Of a stretch of 20,000 nt of DNA, positions 6,986-16,130 are shown one piece after another. The DNA is from an uncultured virus (IMG/VR IMGVR_UViG_3300044491_001791). Lineage: Duplodnaviria; Heunggongvirae; Uroviricota; Caudoviricetes. Numbering within the stretch: the first letter of the stretch is position 1; each line of letters opens with the position of its first letter. A program made the position numbers and the translations under genes. The notes under the pieces are model-generated. The model saw nothing but the letters and a program-made list of their open reading frames with translations. It was not told where the DNA came from and did not search any database. The stretch is from IMG/VR virus record IMGVR_UViG_3300044491_001791; one strand, written 5' to 3'.

Positions 6986-7502
6986 TAAGGAACTCACGCC
7001 AATCCAGGTCAAACTGAATTGGGTTTATTCTATGTACACCAATTAAGTAAAGTACAAAACTTGATACACTTGATCCTCTACCTACTCCCCATAGAATGTT
7101 ATTGTTACGCATATAGTCAACCAAATACACCATGTATCTTAATAAGTTGATCATATCTCTTTTTTCAAACTCTTTATATTCGTCGTCTAATCTTTTAACT
7201 TCAACTTCGTTATTACACTTCTGTTCCAAAAAACTATAAACATCTAAGTTCTTAAATTCGTCTGGCATAAACCATTCGCTTTGACATACATTGTCAAATT
7301 GTTTTTGATCTACATCTATTGGAATATATGTTTGAAGTCCTTTAGTTCCAAATTCTTTAGCATGGACATTAAACTTTCCAATTTCATCATTTGCATCACA
7401 AAGAACAACATGACATTTGTCAACGTGACCTGTATAGATCATATCGATCAAATTCTTATTAGAAAAGATGGGTATACCGTTAGAATCTGTTTTTAAAAGC
7501 AT
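6981..7502 (-). CDS. DNA polymerase III alpha (DnaE)-like fragment lacking the catalytic PDxD motif
   Basis: RLDDEY...WGVGRGSSVSSFVLYLIGVHRINPIQFDLDWREFLR* aligns with DnaE GxGRGSxAGSLVAYxLGITxxDPxxxDLLFERFLN. Confidence 0.85.
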   Translation of the reverse strand: MLLKTDSNGIPIFSNKNLIDMIYTGHVDKCHVVLCDANDEIGKFNVHAKEFGTKGLQTYIPIDVDQKQFDNVCQSEWFMPDEFKNLDVYSFLEQKCNNEVEVKRLDDEYKEFEKRDMINLLRYMVYLVDYMRNNNILWGVGRGSSVSSFVLYLIGVHRINPIQFDLDWREFLR

Positions 7503-7508
7503 ATATGT

Positions 7509-7537
7509 ATATTAACTGATATTAATCAGATTGTCAA
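7509..7537 (-). promoter_or_regulatory. sigma70-type promoter, probably leaderless
   Basis: Minus strand reads TTGACA-N17-TAATAT, then 6 nt, then ATG 7502. No SD is present. Confidence 0.65.
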
Positions 7538-7736
7538 GATCTTTATCTTGATTTTTTGCCATTTCTTTGGCATAGCGACTTCTGAGTTCCAAACGATACA
7601 TTTCAATTAATGTAGCCATTTGGTTTTTGATATCTGGGTTTCGGGTCATGTAAAACTTTTTGGAAAGAGATGAAATCTTTTCCTCAAGTTGTGGTGTAGT
7701 GTATTGTTCTAAATTATCTTCAATAGGGTGTAACAT
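7512..7736 (-). CDS. Small helical hypothetical protein
   Basis: 74-aa ORF coupled to the upstream gene by TAATG. It fills the gap on the coding strand. Confidence 0.75.
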   Translation of the reverse strand: MLHPIEDNLEQYTTPQLEEKISSLSKKFYMTRNPDIKNQMATLIEMYRLELRSRYAKEMAKNQDKDLDNLINIS

Positions 7737-8338
7737 TAGTAAAACTTGCCAATATAATCTACAAAAATGGAAGAACCTTGATTGTAAGTCATAAAGTCAA
7801 TAATTACTGGGTATTGAGCACTGTCAATGGTAAGATTGTTTGTAAACACATAAGGATCAACAAGTGTTCCTGAGCCTGTTTTGTTTGGCCAACGTGCATT
7901 AAACTTAAGAGAACTACCTGCTTCTGTACCAATAGTCAAGATTCTATCTGTGCCGTCATTGATTAAAATTAATCTAATTTTTCCAACTTTACCTGATACT
8001 GGCCAATCTGTTGTAGTTAAAGTAATATCACCTCCTACAGTAAATGTTTGTACAGGGCCGAGTGTAAAGTTTACGTCCTGAGAGGAACTTAAAGTACCAC
8101 CTGCGTTTAGTTCTTCAGAAACATTTACAAGGTTAGCATTTGTAATGTTATTTCCTAAGAAGTTATTTGCAGTGTTTTTCTTAGCAGTATTATCCTGTAG
8201 ATCCTCAATTTCTGCCTTAGCGGCTACAAAGTTGTTTTTGATAATTCCAAAATTATCTCTAAATCCTTGTGAATCGTTATCCTGTCCTGCAATAGGATAT
8301 TCCGAATTAATACTTACTTCATCAATGTTACTTGCCAT
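7736..8338 (-). CDS. Putative virion structural protein
   Basis: N-terminal YPIAGQDNDSQGFRDNF plus a coiled coil, then a beta-rich C-terminus. GAGG SD and late motif upstream. Last recognisable gene of the structural block. Confidence 0.7.
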   Translation of the reverse strand: MASNIDEVSINSEYPIAGQDNDSQGFRDNFGIIKNNFVAAKAEIEDLQDNTAKKNTANNFLGNNITNANLVNVSEELNAGGTLSSSQDVNFTLGPVQTFTVGGDITLTTTDWPVSGKVGKIRLILINDGTDRILTIGTEAGSSLKFNARWPNKTGSGTLVDPYVFTNNLTIDSAQYPVIIDFMTYNQGSSIFVDYIGKFY

Positions 8339-8357
8339 TTTATGTCCTCTCTACTTT

Positions 8358-8365
8358 TATTTATC
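8358..8365 (-). promoter_or_regulatory. Putative late-promoter motif GATAAATA
   Basis: Intergenic, upstream of the SD and ATG 8338. Confidence 0.6.
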
Positions 8366-8369
8366 TGCT

Positions 8370-10916
8370 TTATATGTTGTATTCGTAATTTGCGAACAGA
8401 ATATACTGTTCCTCACTTTTACCTGTTGTACTGTCAATTATGTATCTATCAATATCAAAATCAATGGTATTGAAGTCAAATGCTTGGTTCTTAATATTCA
8501 AAAGGATTTGATCAGCATTACCTGATTTGCAATACGCAATAGGAATGGCTGTTACATAGCCTAATTCCTGGATAGTGTTCACTTGAGCAGTACGCATCCA
8601 AAGAGGTAAAAAGTCTCTTTCTGTAACACCAGTGTCGCTAATACGATCACGCATATTTTGGATATTTGAGATATATTTCTTATTGTGTGTATTTTGGCTA
8701 ATCTTAACAGCATCACTATCAACTTTTAGTGTATTAGTTGATGGTCTAAATCTAAATGGTTCTGCCCTGTTAATTACAAACTCTTGGACTGATACTACTT
8801 GACTACCATTACGCAAAATGATTCTAATGTTTCCAACAGTTGGAAATACAACACGACCACTTCTGGTAATAATTTCTAAATCGTTTCCTATACTACGAAC
8901 TGTAACAGTAGGATTCGCAACTCCGCGGACACTTAATTCAAATGAACTTTGTCCGCTACCTAATGATGAGTTATCATCTAAAGATTCAAACTGTACACTG
9001 TCTACAGTAATCGGTTTACTTTTATTTGAAACCTTAATACTTTGTGCTACTTTGCCTTTCGTTGGCATATAAGGATCTATAACTTCAACATAGATAACTT
9101 CATATACTATGTCGTTAGATCCTGGATTTTTTGCAACTGCTTTTTTAACTTCGCCAATCTTATATTTTCTTCTTTTGTGATTCTTTGCCGCGGCCGCTAC
9201 ATAGTTTTTAATATTCTGTGTAAGGATACCAGCATAGGCTAACATCTTAATATCTTTTTGTACACCAAATTCTGGATCACCACTTCTGTAAATTAAGTCT
9301 GGTGGAAAGATGTTTGGGTCTGAAATAAATGCAGTGTATTCATCACGTTTAGTTTTTGACATAAACGGACGCATAAACAAATTACTATATAAATTATCAT
9401 CAGGATCTAATACGTCAATAGTAAATTCTTGTTCAACAGCACTGAATCCAAAACGATCTTCTGCCTTAACAGTAAATTTAAACTCTCTATCAATAATAGT
9501 TTTAGCACCATCAAACGTCATAGTACCATTATCAAAAACAGTAAGTCCAGGTTTAGAAGAAGTACCAAACTGATTAACCTTACCAATAATTTCACCACTG
9601 ATATCTAATTGTAGTCCTGGAGGTAATCTTCCACTTACTATACTGTAAATTAATCTTGAATCCGGAACTGATGTTTGTGCTTTTACTGATAGTGTTGAAA
9701 TAAAGTTTGCACTAATATTTCCTAAGTTACTTGGAGTAAGGAATTTAATAGTAGAATCAACTTCACCAAGTATCTTAACTCTAAATGTTTTTGTTTTACT
9801 TGCTAAAATTGTTTCAGGCACACCGCCAAAACGTGTTGCTTTTACTGTGAATTTATATTCTTTTGTTACAGCAGGTTGGTAAGGAACACGACCTGCTATT
9901 TCACCTGTTGTACTATCTAAACTCATACCAGGCGGTAGTTCACTTGCTGTGCTATCGTCATTTAGTGCTTCAAGTGTATAAACAAGTCTACCTGCAATAG
10001 TCTCTGTATCTAATACATCAAGGAAGAAAGTTAGATAATTGTTGGCTCTTCTAAAGCCAAGATTCTCTGGAGTTAACCATAGTGGAGTTCTTAAGTATGT
10101 ATTATCAGCAGTAAACAAACCATTTGAAATTTGTAGTTTAGTATTATCTGCTCTTAAGAAATCATCACCTACAAGATAGATTTTAAACTTACGTGTTTTA
10201 ACAGTATCGCCATCTGAAACACTAACAATAAATTCATAAAAGCGATTTAATTTTCTTGGTTGTTTAGTTGGAATTCTATCATCATAGATTCGTGTATCAT
10301 AAAAGAAACTGTCATAACCGTTTGCACTTCTTTCGCCAAAGTCAAAAGGAAATGTACCATATATGTTTGCATCATAGTGTCCGCTTCCTGCTCTTGTATC
10401 TAAGGCTAATACAGGTTCAACAACACCAACAAGTCTACCGTCAGTAGTTAAACGTATACCTGGAGGTAATTCTCCAGAGTCATCTGCAATAAAGTATTCA
10501 AGTGCGTCACCTGCTGGCAGGTCTGGATCAATTGCTTGTAATGGAAAATCTACCAATGTATTATCAAGTACAAAATACTTGTCATTAGGATCAACGGGTA
10601 GTAATCCTTCTTTGGTTACCCAAGTTGGTTCGTCAGCACCGTCAATTAATAAACTAAATGTTCTATCTTCAACTGCACCCGAACTATCTGTTGCCCTTAA
10701 TACAAATTTAGATTCTGTAAGTCTTTGGACTTCAAATGGCGTTCCTACAATGAATAGGCCTTCTAAACGTAACCCTCCTGGTAAACTACCAGTAATGAGT
10801 TTGACGTTAGTAATAGTATTACTTGTTGTGTTTAACGGTAAAGCAAATCTAACAGTTGCATTTTCAGCAAATACACCGAGATTACTTCCTGTTTTTCTTG
10901 TCCAGATTGTAGCCAT
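8370..10916 (-). CDS. Large virion structural protein with putative Ig-like (He_PIG-type) repeats; possible baseplate component
   Basis: Four LP(P/G)G(L/I/M)xL...GxIxG repeats (near 10780, 10465, 9935 and 9620) with FTVKA-like strands. Lies in the structural block. Confidence 0.75.
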   Translation of the reverse strand: MATIWTRKTGSNLGVFAENATVRFALPLNTTSNTITNVKLITGSLPGGLRLEGLFIVGTPFEVQRLTESKFVLRATDSSGAVEDRTFSLLIDGADEPTWVTKEGLLPVDPNDKYFVLDNTLVDFPLQAIDPDLPAGDALEYFIADDSGELPPGIRLTTDGRLVGVVEPVLALDTRAGSGHYDANIYGTFPFDFGERSANGYDSFFYDTRIYDDRIPTKQPRKLNRFYEFIVSVSDGDTVKTRKFKIYLVGDDFLRADNTKLQISNGLFTADNTYLRTPLWLTPENLGFRRANNYLTFFLDVLDTETIAGRLVYTLEALNDDSTASELPPGMSLDSTTGEIAGRVPYQPAVTKEYKFTVKATRFGGVPETILASKTKTFRVKILGEVDSTIKFLTPSNLGNISANFISTLSVKAQTSVPDSRLIYSIVSGRLPPGLQLDISGEIIGKVNQFGTSSKPGLTVFDNGTMTFDGAKTIIDREFKFTVKAEDRFGFSAVEQEFTIDVLDPDDNLYSNLFMRPFMSKTKRDEYTAFISDPNIFPPDLIYRSGDPEFGVQKDIKMLAYAGILTQNIKNYVAAAAKNHKRRKYKIGEVKKAVAKNPGSNDIVYEVIYVEVIDPYMPTKGKVAQSIKVSNKSKPITVDSVQFESLDDNSSLGSGQSSFELSVRGVANPTVTVRSIGNDLEIITRSGRVVFPTVGNIRIILRNGSQVVSVQEFVINRAEPFRFRPSTNTLKVDSDAVKISQNTHNKKYISNIQNMRDRISDTGVTERDFLPLWMRTAQVNTIQELGYVTAIPIAYCKSGNADQILLNIKNQAFDFNTIDFDIDRYIIDSTTGKSEEQYILFANYEYNI

Positions 10917-10936
10917 TTTAATTCCTTATTCAGTAG

Positions 10937-10944
10937 TATTTATC
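10937..10944 (-). promoter_or_regulatory. Putative late-promoter motif GATAAATA
   Basis: Intergenic, upstream of the AAGGA SD and ATG 10916. Confidence 0.6.
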
Positions 10945-10961
10945 GGAATCTTTGACTATGC

Positions 10962-11627
10962 TTATATTGGATTTGTGATTGTTCCTACGTCAATTGATAC
11001 AGCAGATGGTGTAACAATAGATCCTAAATCAACATCTGTTGCAGAACCTAAGAATTCGATAATGCTTGATACTGTTCCTGAAATAGTACCAAAGTTAAAG
11101 CCATAGATATCTCTTACATCTACATTATAAACTAAACTTTGAAGGTTTCTAACATTAATAATATCGTTGCCTTGACCGTCTAATTTTCCACCTAATTGTG
11201 GTGTAGCATCTGTAGATAATTCAGTAACTGAATTTATTGTAATTCCACTTGCTCCACTTGATTGTGTAGTTACATTTGTACCGCCGTTGATAGTAAATGT
11301 GTCACCTTCTGCAAGGGTAATGTTTCCACTATCAGTTGCAACAGTTAATGACTGTAAGCCGCCAACACTTGCAATAGTAATATTTGTACTATCAGAAGTA
11401 ACAGTGACATTACCGCCTGCTTTGATCTTTTTAAATTGTAGATCAAACCCAGTTTTTTGTGCAAATACGCCTTGACCTTCTGTACCTAAGTTAGATGCAG
11501 TCGTTTGTTCAGGGTTACGATTGTCAAGTTCTATAAAGTTATTATTAACTTTTACAAACGCTTCACGTAAATCGTCACCTGTTCCGTCATTTGCTACGCC
11601 GCCGATGTTAACTGTTTGTATTGCCAT
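10962..11627 (-). CDS. Baseplate/tail-fibre-like structural protein with T4 gp9/gp10-type N-terminus
   Basis: N-terminus MAIQTVNIGGVANDGTGDDLREAFVKVNNNF, a Gly/Thr-rich body and the DATPQLGGKLD fibre motif. Confidence 0.8.
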   Translation of the reverse strand: MAIQTVNIGGVANDGTGDDLREAFVKVNNNFIELDNRNPEQTTASNLGTEGQGVFAQKTGFDLQFKKIKAGGNVTVTSDSTNITIASVGGLQSLTVATDSGNITLAEGDTFTINGGTNVTTQSSGASGITINSVTELSTDATPQLGGKLDGQGNDIINVRNLQSLVYNVDVRDIYGFNFGTISGTVSSIIEFLGSATDVDLGSIVTPSAVSIDVGTITNPI

Positions 11628-11632
11628 ACTAA

Positions 11633-11640
11633 TATTTATC
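11633..11640 (-). promoter_or_regulatory. Putative late-promoter motif GATAAATA
   Basis: Sits in a 14-bp intergenic gap, only 5 nt before ATG 11627, with no SD. Confidence 0.6.
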
Positions 11641-11641
11641 C

Positions 11642-14233
11642 TTAATTATATCCAAACTTCTTTTGCCCATTTATTGGAAAGTAAGCCACTCTGTTTGGAC
11701 CACCATGTATTGTAGTATTTGTTGTGTAATCATTAGTGTTACCTGTATCATTTAGATTGGCAACAGCATTTGATTCAAAATATTTTTTAACCTGTGCTGG
11801 AGTCCAGTCTGGATGTGCCTGTGTTAAGAGCCCAATCATACCACACATCTGTGGAGCCGCCATTGAAGTGCCTGAGTATTTGGCTTGTCTATAACTTGCA
11901 TTAGCAAAATATGTTGAACCTTGATTATTAGGTTGAGCACTTATGATATATCTTCCAGCAGTGTAGATGTTTACACCTGGACCTGATTGACTGAATGTAG
12001 TTTTCTTATCACGATATATCACACCATCTAACACATCACTGTTTTCTAATGCTCCAACCATGAATCCTTCATTTAAATCTCCCACAGGATTATCCTGAGT
12101 TGCTGTTGATGTAAATGTGTCACCACCTTCATTCACTGAAGGAGTACCACCTCTGTGATAGTACATATAATAAGTGATACCTGAGAAAGTAAATGTCAAA
12201 TAGTTGTCATAATCTACACCACCCGGTACATCAATTTTCATTGAATCATTGCCAGCGGCACAACACACATGAATTCCGTTATTGATTAATGTTTCCACAT
12301 CAGCATCTTCAGAAGCAAATTTTCTTGGAAACCCATACACACCTCCACCTTGTGCTTCTCCAATTAATCCTCTGTTTTGTAGGTTGGCATATGCGGTATC
12401 TGTGTGTGTAACACCTCGGTATCTGCCACCTGTGATGTCATAATAAGTTGCGCCATCAAATGATATTGCATTTGGAGTGGTTGTTGTTCTTATGTACCAC
12501 ACATAACCAAAACTCATATTGACCACAGTGGGTTTTTTAGCACCAGTGTCTGGCAAGGTTGGTTTAGCGTTGTGCCAATCTATTAAAGAATCTACAGTTT
12601 GTGGCCAGGTAATATTGTTACCTGAATTTGAATATAGTGTTATATTGTATATGTCAGAATTTTTACACCAACCAAATGTTTTGCCTGCCATGGTTCCAAT
12701 ACAGTGTGAACCGTGACCACTTACGTCTGTGTAAAAGTTTGCTGGCTGTGTGCCACCATTATTTGATTCTGTAAACCAATTGATCTGTTTTAATCTTATT
12801 TCTGAATCAGCAATGTAACCTGATCTGCCTGCGGCATAAGGATTACCAGTGTCGCCGTTACGGAATAAACTTTGTATGGTTTCTAAAGGAATTTTTGAAA
12901 TACACGGTTGTATCCATGTATAAAAAAATTCAGCACCTAACGGGTTATTTGCTTGAATGCCTGCTGGAGTACGCATATCGTCTGTCCACTCTGGAGCAAG
13001 ACTTCCGCCTTGCCATAAACTTGTATAATCAAACATACCGAAGTTTAGCAAGTACAAATATTCTTTTGCCGCTACTTCAAAAGCATCGCCGATAGTTTTC
13101 CAATCATCTGGATTTACTTGATAACCTGATGGATCCCATTTACCTGCATCGTATGCCTCTACCATTGCATTATACAAATCTCCAGTGTTCCAATCGGAAC
13201 TTATATATGGATATAATTTTATATCCTCTGCAGGTAACCCGTGCATATGTAACGTATGAAAAACGTGTTCGATTGCCTCTTGAGCATCTTCGTTACCATT
13301 GCCTGCAGGACCACCTGTTGAATTCAAATACCACACCATGTCATTTTGTACATGAGTGTCAAACAGGTTAGTTAGGTTCCAAAATATAATGCCTGCATCA
13401 GTTAAGAAGTTTGTGGAGTAATCGTCACCAGCACCTTTGGCTACTCTTTGTATTGTTGGAAATCCAGCGTGATAAGTTCCAGCATCTCCTTTTAATGTTT
13501 TAATAAACAGTTCTTGAAATTGTGGATTAGTTTGAGATGTTGGTCTGGTGAACCATTTAAATAATTGTGCTACTTTTCTAATCCATTCGTCTGGCACTGC
13601 TGTTTGTCCACCCACAGCACCTGCCGCCATTATTCTAACGCCGTTTACTGTGAGTTCTCTCTTAAAGAAATCGCTACCGTCTCCGGTTACGTTTTGTACA
13701 TCACCACTGGTGTATACAGTTGGTGCTACATAATTTGTTTTATTCCATTCAGGGTGTCCTACTTGAATTCCTGTGTCCACAATAACCATGTCAACGTCTG
13801 TACCATCTAAAACATACTCGTAATTTCCACCTGGATCTGATTGGCTGTTGTTAAATGTGTTGGTTTGATTGGTGTGTCTTAATAATCCCCAATTGTCATT
13901 TTGTCCAGTTGCAGTGCTCAATCTGTTAAAATTTCCATCTTGGAATGCTCTTGGTTTAGGTTCTGGAATGTCTTCAACTGCCTGTACAGCCAGTATTCTT
14001 GAATCTTGTCTTAATTTGATTGCTTCTGCTTCTGAAAGATTGTAATGTGTGTTTCTTGGATTGTTTGGACGTTCTTTACAGCACTCGCACACTCTGTCAG
14101 GAACAATGTTTGAATCTACAGAATCATCTGCTGAAGTGTCTCGACACAATTCATCATGTATAATGTGCCAGTCCACATCTTTTCGGACTGTGACAATGTA
14201 TTCTCTAATTTGATTTATATCTGATACAATCAT
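11642..14233 (-). CDS. Subtilisin-family (S8) serine protease with N-terminal prodomain-like region and a large internal insert
   Basis: Catalytic Asp (VIVDTG), His (GHGSHCIG), oxyanion Asn (AAGND) and Ser (SGTSMAAP), plus C-terminal HPDWTPAQVK. A ~316-aa insert lies between the Asp and His motifs. Confidence 0.93.
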   Translation of the reverse strand: MIVSDINQIREYIVTVRKDVDWHIIHDELCRDTSADDSVDSNIVPDRVCECCKERPNNPRNTHYNLSEAEAIKLRQDSRILAVQAVEDIPEPKPRAFQDGNFNRLSTATGQNDNWGLLRHTNQTNTFNNSQSDPGGNYEYVLDGTDVDMVIVDTGIQVGHPEWNKTNYVAPTVYTSGDVQNVTGDGSDFFKRELTVNGVRIMAAGAVGGQTAVPDEWIRKVAQLFKWFTRPTSQTNPQFQELFIKTLKGDAGTYHAGFPTIQRVAKGAGDDYSTNFLTDAGIIFWNLTNLFDTHVQNDMVWYLNSTGGPAGNGNEDAQEAIEHVFHTLHMHGLPAEDIKLYPYISSDWNTGDLYNAMVEAYDAGKWDPSGYQVNPDDWKTIGDAFEVAAKEYLYLLNFGMFDYTSLWQGGSLAPEWTDDMRTPAGIQANNPLGAEFFYTWIQPCISKIPLETIQSLFRNGDTGNPYAAGRSGYIADSEIRLKQINWFTESNNGGTQPANFYTDVSGHGSHCIGTMAGKTFGWCKNSDIYNITLYSNSGNNITWPQTVDSLIDWHNAKPTLPDTGAKKPTVVNMSFGYVWYIRTTTTPNAISFDGATYYDITGGRYRGVTHTDTAYANLQNRGLIGEAQGGGVYGFPRKFASEDADVETLINNGIHVCCAAGNDSMKIDVPGGVDYDNYLTFTFSGITYYMYYHRGGTPSVNEGGDTFTSTATQDNPVGDLNEGFMVGALENSDVLDGVIYRDKKTTFSQSGPGVNIYTAGRYIISAQPNNQGSTYFANASYRQAKYSGTSMAAPQMCGMIGLLTQAHPDWTPAQVKKYFESNAVANLNDTGNTNDYTTNTTIHGGPNRVAYFPINGQKKFGYN

Positions 14234-14240
14234 TTATACA

Positions 14241-16112
14241 TTACGAGACAATGGCTCTATCACTGACTCTTCTCCAATTTGTTCCATCGTAGAAAGCAGG
14301 AATTGATCCACCTGTTTCATCTGTACAAAATACCATAGCACCTACTGATGATACTAATGTGCTTAACTGTGTTACTGTTTTATTAACCAACTTCATAGGA
14401 GCATCGTTAATAATTTCGTCTACAGGATCAAGCGTAATAGTTGTTGGTGATGATATAGTGTAAGTGCCTGTTAATGTGTTTGGTGCATTAATAGACTCTG
14501 TAATAATGTTTGTAATTGTTAGTGTGTCAGATACTGCGTTATATGTGAAGCCTGCATCACCAGCAAATGCTCCATTATCGTTATACTGTACTTGTGTATC
14601 TGTTCCACCCGGAGTACCACCACCACCACCACCAGTTGCTGTAAATGTAATTGTTCTGTTGGTAGCCGATGTTGTAATTGCCATACCTGTGCCAGCAATA
14701 AGTTCAATACTGTCTAATGTGCTTTCAGCACCAATTGGATTTTGTCCTGCAACAGTAAATTCTGCAAAAATATTTTGATCTTCGTTAGGTGAAGTATTTG
14801 TAATTGTAAGTGTGTCAGCAACAATAGATGTACTAATTCCTGTTGAACCTTCAACAACAAGTGTGTCAGTTGAGGTGTTTGCTGTTGTAGTACCTGTGTC
14901 TGCATTGACAGTTGCCCAAAGATTTTGCGGAGTACTTGCTGTATCTACATAAGCCTTGATTGCACTTTGCGTAACAAGTCTTGTTCCACTATTTGCAGTG
15001 AATGTAGAATCGTTATCAATAGTGCTTACTGTTACTGCACTACCTGCAAAATTTAAACTTGTTGTTGCACTAAGAGTTTTACCAGGTAATGAATCTGTAA
15101 ATGTAAATGACCCTGAACCATTTGTAGTAAGTACTTGCCCTGTGGTTCCATCAGTGATACCAATATCAGTTAATGCTGTCGGTGAGTCTGTAATTCCATA
15201 ACCTGCAAGTGTAGTTGGCTTACTTTGAATGTTGCTAAACAACGGTTGGTTAACTGTATTAGTCCAAGTAATGCCGTCATATGCTAATACCTCAGCACTT
15301 GTTAATGATGTTAATGAAACGTCATTTAAATCCGTAAGTGCATATGTTGGTTTATTAGTTACATTCGTCCAATCCAAATAATGAGAACCATCAAACCCAT
15401 CAAGTGTATCTGCATCTAATCCTGCACCGCCTGAAGCAATATCATTTGCAGGAACCCAATTAAGTCCGTTCCATTTTAAAACTTGTCCTGTTGCTGGTGG
15501 AGTAGTTTGTGTATCAACATCAACCATATCGCTGATGTCGTTTGGTATAGTAGGCTTGTTAGCCAAATCATTGTAACTTCCTGAAGTTGCTACAGAAGCC
15601 AAACTTGGTCTACTTGTAATTTCTGAATATGCTATTGCTGAGTTTATCCAAGCAGTTCCGTTGTATTTTAAATATTGTGAGTTTGCTGGAGCAGTAAGTG
15701 TTACGTCTGTTAATCCGGCAAGTGCAGTTACGCCACCGCCACCACCACCTGAACCAACACCAGTTGCTTCAACCGTAAGTGTTCCTGCAGAATCATTATA
15801 AGTTAAGGTAATACCTGTACCTGCAACAAGAAGATTTGCAATTCTATCGTCTACACGTTCGTCAGTAAGATACTTTTTAGTACCTTCTACGATATCATCT
15901 GTAGTTACAGGGATAGTAGGCGTACCTATCAAGTCACTGTATTGTCCGCTGAATGGATTATAAAGTACTCCTGCAATAGTTAAACTTGTTGCAGAAATAT
16001 TTCCGGCACCGACAATACCTGAGCCAGTTAAGTTAAGGTTATCACCGATGGGCAATTCTTTTAACTTATTACCGTCATCTACGTCTACTATAAGTGGTAT
16101 TCTATTTGCCAT
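14241..16112 (-). CDS. Tail-fibre-like structural protein
   Basis: Gly/Thr/Ser-rich, with repeated LxDV...(Q/E)VLxYxGxxW, YNDLANKP, DADTLDG and KPTTLAGYGITD motifs. C-terminal cap AFYDGTNWRRVSD. Confidence 0.8.
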   Translation of the reverse strand: MANRIPLIVDVDDGNKLKELPIGDNLNLTGSGIVGAGNISATSLTIAGVLYNPFSGQYSDLIGTPTIPVTTDDIVEGTKKYLTDERVDDRIANLLVAGTGITLTYNDSAGTLTVEATGVGSGGGGGGVTALAGLTDVTLTAPANSQYLKYNGTAWINSAIAYSEITSRPSLASVATSGSYNDLANKPTIPNDISDMVDVDTQTTPPATGQVLKWNGLNWVPANDIASGGAGLDADTLDGFDGSHYLDWTNVTNKPTYALTDLNDVSLTSLTSAEVLAYDGITWTNTVNQPLFSNIQSKPTTLAGYGITDSPTALTDIGITDGTTGQVLTTNGSGSFTFTDSLPGKTLSATTSLNFAGSAVTVSTIDNDSTFTANSGTRLVTQSAIKAYVDTASTPQNLWATVNADTGTTTANTSTDTLVVEGSTGISTSIVADTLTITNTSPNEDQNIFAEFTVAGQNPIGAESTLDSIELIAGTGMAITTSATNRTITFTATGGGGGGTPGGTDTQVQYNDNGAFAGDAGFTYNAVSDTLTITNIITESINAPNTLTGTYTISSPTTITLDPVDEIINDAPMKLVNKTVTQLSTLVSSVGAMVFCTDETGGSIPAFYDGTNWRRVSDRAIVS

Positions 16113-16130
16113 TTTGTTTTCCTATACTCA

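Noticed and set aside
6956..7012. Frameshift or readthrough joining the DnaE fragment to the downstream ORF
   Set aside because: The downstream ORF has no PDxD motif or other DnaE similarity, and it has its own SD and ATG at 6955.
7516..7529. Small dyad CTGAT-ATTA-ATCAG in the spacer of the DnaE-fragment promoter
   Set aside because: The arms are only 5 bp in AT-rich DNA and share no sequence with the 5737-5760 dyad, so chance is a sufficient explanation.
12797..13744. Subtilase insert as an intein or intron
   Set aside because: There is no N-terminal Cys/Ser with block A, no terminal His-Asn followed by Cys/Ser/Thr, and no LAGLIDADG motif. The frame is continuous.
14231..14238. TATAAATG upstream of the subtilase as a late promoter
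   Set aside because: It overlaps the start codon itself and lacks the final A, so a transcript starting there would not include the ATG.
14616..14633. (ACC)6 microsatellite, and a similar tract at about 15732-15750
   Set aside because: These encode ordinary poly-Gly linkers in a fibre protein. As in-frame triplets they cannot act as a phase-variation switch.
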